A DNA stretch of 64,000 bases from Lama guanicoe. Lineage: Eukaryota. Where the stretch lies: assembly GCA_013239625.1 (NCBI GenBank), contig MU054098.1:1209568-1273567 (forward strand). Reading direction: 5' to 3'. The position numbers and the translations under genes were made by a program. Numbering within the stretch: the stretch's first letter is position 1; every line of letters begins with the position of its first letter. This document shows, in pieces, positions 56,071 to 64,000 of this stretch. Under the pieces are notes generated by a model. It was given only the letters and a program-made list of their open reading frames with translations, made no database searches and had not been told where the DNA came from.

Positions 56071-58594
56071 ATTATCAATTACTCAATTATAACACAAATA
56101 AGTTATGTTGTTCAAATTGAAGATATATTAATGAAAATTCTCCAAAGAACAGAGAGAAAATAAAGATTGAAAAAATGAACAGCACTTGAGTGACTTGTGA
56201 GATACTATTAAGTATTTTAAGAAATTTTTAAAGTATGAACTGCTAATAAACATAACATCATGGATAACTTCTAACAGTATCATTTTGAGGGGAAAAGACC
56301 CAGATACAAAAGAGCAGGTGCTATATGATTTCATTTATATGAAGTTTCAGAATAAGTAAAACACATGTACTGTGGAAAGAATAAGATAAATGCAAGAATG
56401 AATTTTATGTTGACAAAAAAGCCTAGAAACGTATATTCATTTAAAAATACTGAATTTCGCTAGCTCACAACGAAAATGATCCACATCTACACATACAACA
56501 AACATAATATTGAGTTAAAGAGGTCAGACAAAATCATAAATTCTAAAGGATTCAATTTTTATAAATTTCAAAAGTAAGTAAAACTAAACTGTAACACTTA
56601 GCAATTCAAAACTGAGTGATCAAAATATAAAGAAAGGAAAAATGATGATTTCTCTAAAAGTCAACTTGATGGCTATTTTAGAGGACAGACATAGAAGGGG
56701 TTGTGACTGGGGAGGGGTTGAGAGTTCTGATGATAACTTTATTTGATTTGGGTGGTGGCAACATGGTTGTTCACTTTATAACAATGAAGGTGAAAAACAG
56801 TGGTTCAATCACTAAGTGTGTATTTGCTAAATGTAAATGTCATGAAAATATGGACTGAACAAAAACGTTTCTCTTCTTCAGGGCTTTGTCTCTAGCACAC
56901 AGTGAACACTCAATACATATTTTTTGGAAAAAAGTGAATGAATGAACTGAGTACCCACCCTGTGTTCACATTCAGCTAGTGGATGATGCTACGGGTACGC
57001 TCAAGTTAGTGATCATCTTGTTTGTGAGAAAGACTATCTGCAACAGGCACAGAACAACTAGTAAACTCCCAAATTAACTTTTGATTTACTGTTTATTTTC
57101 CAAGGTCATTGTTCCATCGTTCCACTTTGTTAACCTCTATCATAAAAACATATTTAGAAAATTTCTATTCTGTAAGTGGTGACAGGTTTGGCACTCCACT
57201 TTTGCAAACAGGAGCTTCCTATGAAGTATGTTATTTTCTTATGAAATAAGAGGTACGAAATTCCACCCCATTTGTGAAAATGCACTGACTTTCAGACTAG
57301 TGTTTATCAAATGACTCTTCTTAACAATTATAATAAAGGCATAATCTGATAGCTAACAAATCAACTTGTTTATTTTAACTACAAATAGATTCTAATTCAG
57401 GGTTTTACTAGTTATTATCTTCTACTTTGCCAAAATTTTATTCTTAGCTGTAACCCAGCCCTCTGCTTGTCTTCAAATATCCAGATGCTTGCTCTCCTAG
57501 GGGAAACTATATCAAAAGGCAAATAAATGAGTTATTGCCAATAGAATAGTACCTATAATTACATTATATTTGCTTTTCCATTTTCTTCTCCCTTTATTTA
57601 CAAGAGTTTCAAAAGTAAATAAATGCAATACCATCAAGCTCAACAATGTTAAATGTCAATGAGGTGAACAGAAAATAAACAAATGTCATTTTAGTTCATA
57701 AACACAAAAATGTTCACTTATAACATTTGAATGAATTTTAAAAATAGCTCTTACACATACAGCTTTGTTTTCCAAAAGAAGGAATAAGCTACAGGGGGCT
57801 GTTCCCATTTATTGTAAATTGTGAAACTGCAAATCAGAGAGAGGAGAACCACACATTCGTAAAAGGTAAATGCATCTTAATGTATACTACCCCCCACATT
57901 AACAGGTATTAAAAAAAGAGCAAACATTACAAACAGCAAATGTTTAATAGTGCTTGGTTATAGAACTTAAAACAATGCTGTTTATACTGGGTTCCACAGA
58001 CAGTGAAAAAATAATGCTTCTTCATTAATGGTGAATATGATATTCTAAACATGAAAATATATTTGACAAAAATAACCTTCAGTGCCCTTATCTTATTAGG
58101 TAAATGAAGTACAGGATAAACATTTATTTATTATCTCTCTAACCCTCATATTTACTCTGTCCGTTTGCAATAACCTTAAAGTAGGATTCTTTCTACATAC
58201 TATTCTCAATGGGAAAAGATGGGTAAAGGAAGAGTGGGTTGCTAAGAGTAGATAGAAGAGCAGATAGGTACAAGGTCAGAATTAGAAGAGATGTGCTACA
58301 GACTTTGTCCAAGTTCAATTTAGTGAACAACTAAGTACTCATGATACTTCTAGTATGTGCTTAATAAGTATCTGTTGAATGAACAAAGACATAGTTTGTG
58401 GTGGAGGTCCTCAGGTTGGGTACTGAGCGGGTTGTCTACATCTTTAAGGTCAGCAGAGAGATCACAGTTGAAACTGTGAAGCCTGATTTCAATCCCTTTT
58501 GCATAAGAGTATTAGATGAACTGACATTCTATTAAGCTGCACACATCTCAACAACTGTATTTTTGCTTTTCTTCTGGCTTCCTTCTCAGAGAAA

Positions 58595-59380
58595 ATTAAT
58601 TTTTTGCTTAAATCAGGTTTATCAAGACATACTTTACATAAAGCAAAATCCAACCTTTCTAGGTATACAGATCTGTGAATTGTGAAAAATGGATAAAGTC
58701 AAATAAACCATAGCCACAATCAAGATATAGGATATTTCCACCACTTTAAAATACTCTCTATTCTATGTTTGTAGTCAAACACGCAACCCATCCCAAGCCT
58801 CTAGTAACCATTGATCTGTTCTCCATCCCATAGTTTTAGTTTTATTCAGAACATTATAGAAATGAAATCATGTAATATATAGCTTTTTTGAGTCCGACCT
58901 CTTTCACTTAGCATAATGCTTTTGGAATTGATCCATGTTATTGTTTATTTCAGTAGGTTTTTTTTAATGCTGAGTACTATTCCCTTTTATAGATGAGCCA
59001 GACATTGCTCATCTAGTCACTAGTTAATGCTTATCTGGTGTTATTTCTAGTTTTTGTGATTATGAATTAAGCTACTATATATATTCATGTACCAGTTTAT
59101 GTGAAGACATATGTTTTCATTTCTATTTGGTAAATACTTAAGAGTGAGACTGCTGAGTCACATGCCAAGTGTAAGTTCAACCAAAATGTTTTCCAAAGTC
59201 ACTTTATCACTTTGCATTGAGTTCTGGTTGCTTGACGTTCTTGCCAGTGTGTGTTCTCCCATTCTAACAGGTGTGAGCGTGTGATTTTAATATGTGTTTC
59301 TCTAACCACTAATGATGTTGATCATCTTTTCATGTGCTTATTTGCTATTTGTAGCTCTGCTATGATGAAGTGTCTTATCA
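58595..59380 (-). mobile_element. Old L1 3' end
   Basis: ccacaatcaagatataggatatttcc...ctaatgatgttgatcatcttttcatgtgctta. Confidence 0.8.
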
Positions 59381-59683
59381 AGGAAAATATTCTTTAAATG
59401 AAAGAGAAAAAATGAATTTGGTGCATATCGGGCTAGTCTCCTCTTCTCTGAGAACTAGTCTCCTCCCAGGGATGGCTCCTGGCAGCCATGTTTGTATTAT
59501 GTGACCTCACTCTTCTCAGATGATGGGATCTAATTCAAGGAAAACCAATCCAATGGTTGGGCTGGATAAATCAGAGCACTCTGTAGTAGCTAAATCATTT
59601 AACTACAGATGCTGAATCTGGGAAGGTGCTAAATACATTATTTTGAGATTGTTATAGGGTCTATGTATAAATGGAGAGAGTCT

Positions 59684-59719
<36 letters not shown>

Positions 59720-60819
59720 TAAAAAACAACAGCTCAGGGAAAATTACGTCTGAGACTACGTGGCCCCAGAAAGAGAGAGAGAGAGGTTTTCTGATAGCTT
59801 TCCAATTGCGGAAAATCTCTTCTGAGGCCTAGATTCACTTCCTATCACTAATTTATCTGTGAGATAACCCTATATCCTTCCTATAAATTTCCCCTTTTGG
59901 TTAAACTAGCTTAGATTAGCTTTGTTGTTTCTTTTTGTTGCCATCAAATGGCCCTTGACTGAAATAATGAAAATATATTTCTGAATGAATTTTTTTTTAA
60001 AAATGAGAACAATAAAATTCAAAGGATTTCAAGTTTTATATGTGATGAATTGTTTATTAGAAAAAAATGTGTCAAAGTATTGAAGACTGCCAGGCCCGCA
60101 ACTCCTTTCTGAGCATTCATTCCTCTATACAATACGTTGCCCCATGGGGCTTGCAACACAGAGTCCACAGCCGGTTTGATCTGATACTGATATCTGAAAC
60201 AGTGACAACAATCCGAAAACTTGACAGCAATCTCTGGGGTAGCTTGGTTTATAATATGAACCAGTACCGATTTTCTATATTGTATGATGATTGGCTAAAC
60301 CAATAGTATGCTCATTTGAAAGAGTCCAAATGTGAGAACAGAGGGAAAGCTAGCCAGGAGCTGCAGGATCAGTGGAAGCAGAGACAGAGCATAGCTGAGT
60401 CACCATTATATTGAAATACTAGCCTTGGGAGCAGCTTACTATAGAGAGTATCTCACTTCTGAGGAGATGTCCACTGGCCTTCAGGCACTAATGCCACTGC
60501 AACATCTAAACAGTTTTTTTTTCTCCCTAACTCATAGAAACTTACCAAACACCACCAATAAAGAAGGTAAACTATATAGTTTCTATTACTTCAGTTTGAC
60601 TATATCCTTCCATCCGTAAAGAGTGTAACTAACACTTTCTGAAATCAAAACAATGAAATATAAGAGATAAATGTGAAGTCCTCCATTTAGGTTTAAATAA
60701 TGAATATATATGGCATGTCATTTTACCAATCTATATGGTTAAAAAGAAGATTGGATATTGAAATAATTCTGAGCTCATATAAAATAGCAATAAGAAGGGG
60801 CAGGAAAAAACCAATTGTC

Positions 60820-61325
60820 ATGTAAGGCTGCATCAATAGAAAGACAGTGCCCAGAACCATGGAAGTAATGAGTGCCCCTTACTATAACTGGTCAGAATGG
60901 GTCAGAAGGACTGCTTTAAGTTCTGAGTTATGTGTTTTTTAAAAATCCTCTTGAATATTAGAGGTATATTCATAGAAGAATGAATAGAAATGGTAAATGA
61001 TAAATAAATCATGTCACTGGAGAACTGAGAAACTGAAGGAGGTTAGCTTTAGAAAGAGAAGCTTAGAAGAGTATATGGCTCGTGTATTCATAGATATGAA
61101 TAAATAAAAATAGAATATAAGATTGTTTTGTGTACATCTAGAGGAAAAAGGTCAGGAATAGAGTAAAACTATAAATAAATTTCACATCAATAGAACATGT
61201 GCTTAATAACTAGAACTGCTCAAAAACGGAAGTGGGATGACTTGTGATGTAGTAACATCCCCAAATCAAAAGTCCCAAGAGAGACCAGACAGGAATCAGT
61301 CTGAGATATTTGTAAAGGAAATTCC
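60820..61325 (+). mobile_element. L3/CR1 LINE 3' fragment
   Basis: ggctgcatcaatagaaagacagtgcccagaacc...ctggtcaga...gttagctttagaaagagaagctta...gtgatgtagtaacatcccc. Confidence 0.6.
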
Positions 61326-64000
61326 TTCTATTCCTGAAATCCTCATTTCAGTAAATACTATTCTTGCAATCAGTTTTCTCCCCTCCTAGATGTTTAGCTC
61401 CTTGAGGGCAACAACTTGGCCTTTACTGTGTTTTATATCCGAATTCTGAATGTAATCCTTGCAAGAGTATTCATAAATGTTTTAAAATGACCTTTCACAT
61501 TTGTGTCCTCTCTTTCCTCTCTCCTCTGCCAAACAAACATTTCATATTAAAATATCAATGAACAGCAAATACTGATATCTATTCTTCTGAAAGAATAGCT
61601 TATTTCTGTCATGCTTTCCTTGAGGGCTTCTTAACATTCTTGCTTCTTTTGCAAAGAGGTCCAGTGAGAGCCCACCGCCCCATCAATGGAATGTCATTCC
61701 CATAATACATCATAAGACATTCCACTGGCAAGAGCAGGAGGTCAGGGACTGCCCTTTTCAAAAGCTTTAATGAAAAATAATATACCCATCAACTTTATGT
61801 TAAACAAGCTCAGTTGCAAAGCAAGGCAACAGGTTCAGATGAAAATCTAGGTCCTGCCTACTAGTGAAAGATAGAGTTCTTTTTAGTATCTCTACAAATC
61901 AGCGGAGGGGAGGGAAGAAGTCATGTCCTGAAATAAGCACAGGACCGGGAGAAAAGAGACTCTGGATTTAATCTCAGCAATGACTCTAAACTAAAGGTGT
62001 CATATCACGCAAACTGCTTCATTTCTCTATGCCTCAGTTTCTTTATCATCTAATGGTCCCCTAACACCTGTTCTGCTGTGTTGGCAGATTGCTTAGTGCC
62101 ACAACCTTCTAAGGTTAAGAAGACAAGAAGGTTTTCTGATAAGAGACCTAGTTTTACTTATAGCACCACTGACTCTTTTATCTCCTTCATCAGTGTTCCA
62201 TTTCTCTCTTCTTTTCTACTGTAATGCACCATACTACACTATACTATACATAGAGTGGACAAATAATAAGGCTTAATTAAAAGCTAAAGGAACATCAACA
62301 ACCAAACTATCACGGAGGGCTAAAATCTTATTCTAACCACGTGATGTTTACTAATTAATACTAATACTTCAGCAATATAACAATATATTCAGCAGTAAGA
62401 ATAATCATTATTAAATACTTTTCCCTGGAAGTAATTGTTGTCACTTCCCTAGACTCCCAGGGATTTTTGTTGGCATATTACAAGACCATCTTAATTTCAT
62501 ACAGATCTGAGTTTCAGTGTGGGATCAATCCCATCTTAGCTGTACAAGATGTGATAGGTTGTATCATCTCTCTGGCTCTCAGTTTCTTCTCTGTAAAATG
62601 GGTATACCAAGGCCCAATTCACAAGTATGTAAAATACCTAGCACAGGCCTTGGGACCTGATAGGCCATCCCCAAGTGCTACTTTCATTTCTCCTGTTTCA
62701 GGTGCTTGGCTCCTCTATTTAGAGCTATTACTATTTCACTCCTCCAAGGCCCTCTCTTCTGTATCAGGCTTCTCTTAAATATATCACTGGCTTTACCATA
62801 CCTCCTATAGACCACTTGAACCTACACCTGGACCATCTATCACTTTAATACACACTGGCATTTTAAAAAGCAGTCCTGTGAATATCCATTTTCCTTTTAA
62901 AGTCCTTCAGGGCCATTTAAAATTTTTGAAATAAAAGAAACATTCCAGAACCTCTCTACCAAGATTTTTAACATCAGTCCCTTTGCGAGACACATGTTTT
63001 CCCAAAGAATATTGCTACCTATTCTTCCTACCTTACAAGGCAGCCGCGAGGATAAAAAAGGTAATAGAAGTGAAGCTGTTAATAATTTCCAGGGGTAGAG
63101 AAAAATTATCTAAATGGAAGGATCTGCTCGTCAGTCAACTGGGAGACTTTATTTTCCTGACAAAAAAGTGTGAAACCATATAGCAATTAAAATTATCTTT
63201 CTAGCCTGCCACATCAGTGTCCCTTCCATTGTGTTTCCGCATAGCCCATTTCAGCTGTATTCACTGTCTGCAGCTAGCGATTACTGAAGCGCTCGCTGCA
63301 GTAAGAAGCCCTTCCTCAGCTTCGCAGCCACTTAATAACACGTTCCTCATTCCGCAGAGCAAATTCTGATTCTGGATAAGATGAAACCACGGTGAAATTA
63401 TATTTAATGGGGGAAGAAAACAACAGTGTTCACTCTGTCCTCTGTTTCTCTGCATATATTGTCGTGTCAGGACTGTAGCAAGCGGAGAGTGGATGTCTGG
63501 TTCCCATTCCAATGAGGGATTCAAATAGGAATGATTCTCATATCCATGATAAACAGCTTCATTGCTAAAAGCTGCTGTGGAAAGTGCCAGGGGATCTCTT
63601 CACCCCACTTTTAACATGAGGTCCATATGTGGAGATGTTCTAACAGGGCGATATGCAGTTTGAGCTCTGTCTTTAGTTGTGATATGAGGTTGTTAAGCCA
63701 TTCACCTGCTCCTTCTCCAACTTCATTCTCTACTTTAATGAATTTGTCAGATCCCAGAATTAGGGGTGATGGCAATGGCAGAGAACAAAGTGACAACCTC
63801 TGAGAAGTAAAGTGGCTTCAATCAATTTCCTATGCAGTCTACTAGTACTAAACACAACACCAATATAGCTAAATATACAGAAAGTGCAATGGAAGCTCAG
63901 AAGGAATAGAATCTCAGTTGGTCTGAAATAATCACATGGGGCTTAAAGGAATAATAGAGTATTGTCAGGCGAATAGCTGGGACAGGTTGGAGGAGCAGTT

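Overview
AT-rich mammalian DNA, largely made of transposable elements, with no intact protein-coding gene I can support. Cetartiodactyl-type L1 3' ends, with no recognisable Alu, B1, Bov-tA, PRE or SINEC, suggest a camelid-like genome (inference). There are two intronless, disabled retrocopies on the minus strand: a heavily decayed QTRT1 copy (~12570-13772) and a better preserved ALDOA copy (24262-25735) inserted into a MaLR LTR. A 2748-bp period tandem duplication with apparently identical copies (33705-39199) is either an assembly artefact or very recent. An orphan CpG island (~42580-42790) sits at the end of an old L1, within a ~4.5 kb zone where nearby L1 sequence has gained or kept CpGs, with candidate non-coding exons on either side. 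Degenerate but correctly ordered reverse-transcriptase motifs suggest a very ancient RTE-X/L4-like LINE, fragmented across ~22.8-35.8 kb. I found no convincing new biological system; the best leads are the CpG-island domain and the ancient LINE fossil. Repeat subfamily names and protein comparisons are from memory, and most repeat boundaries are approximate.
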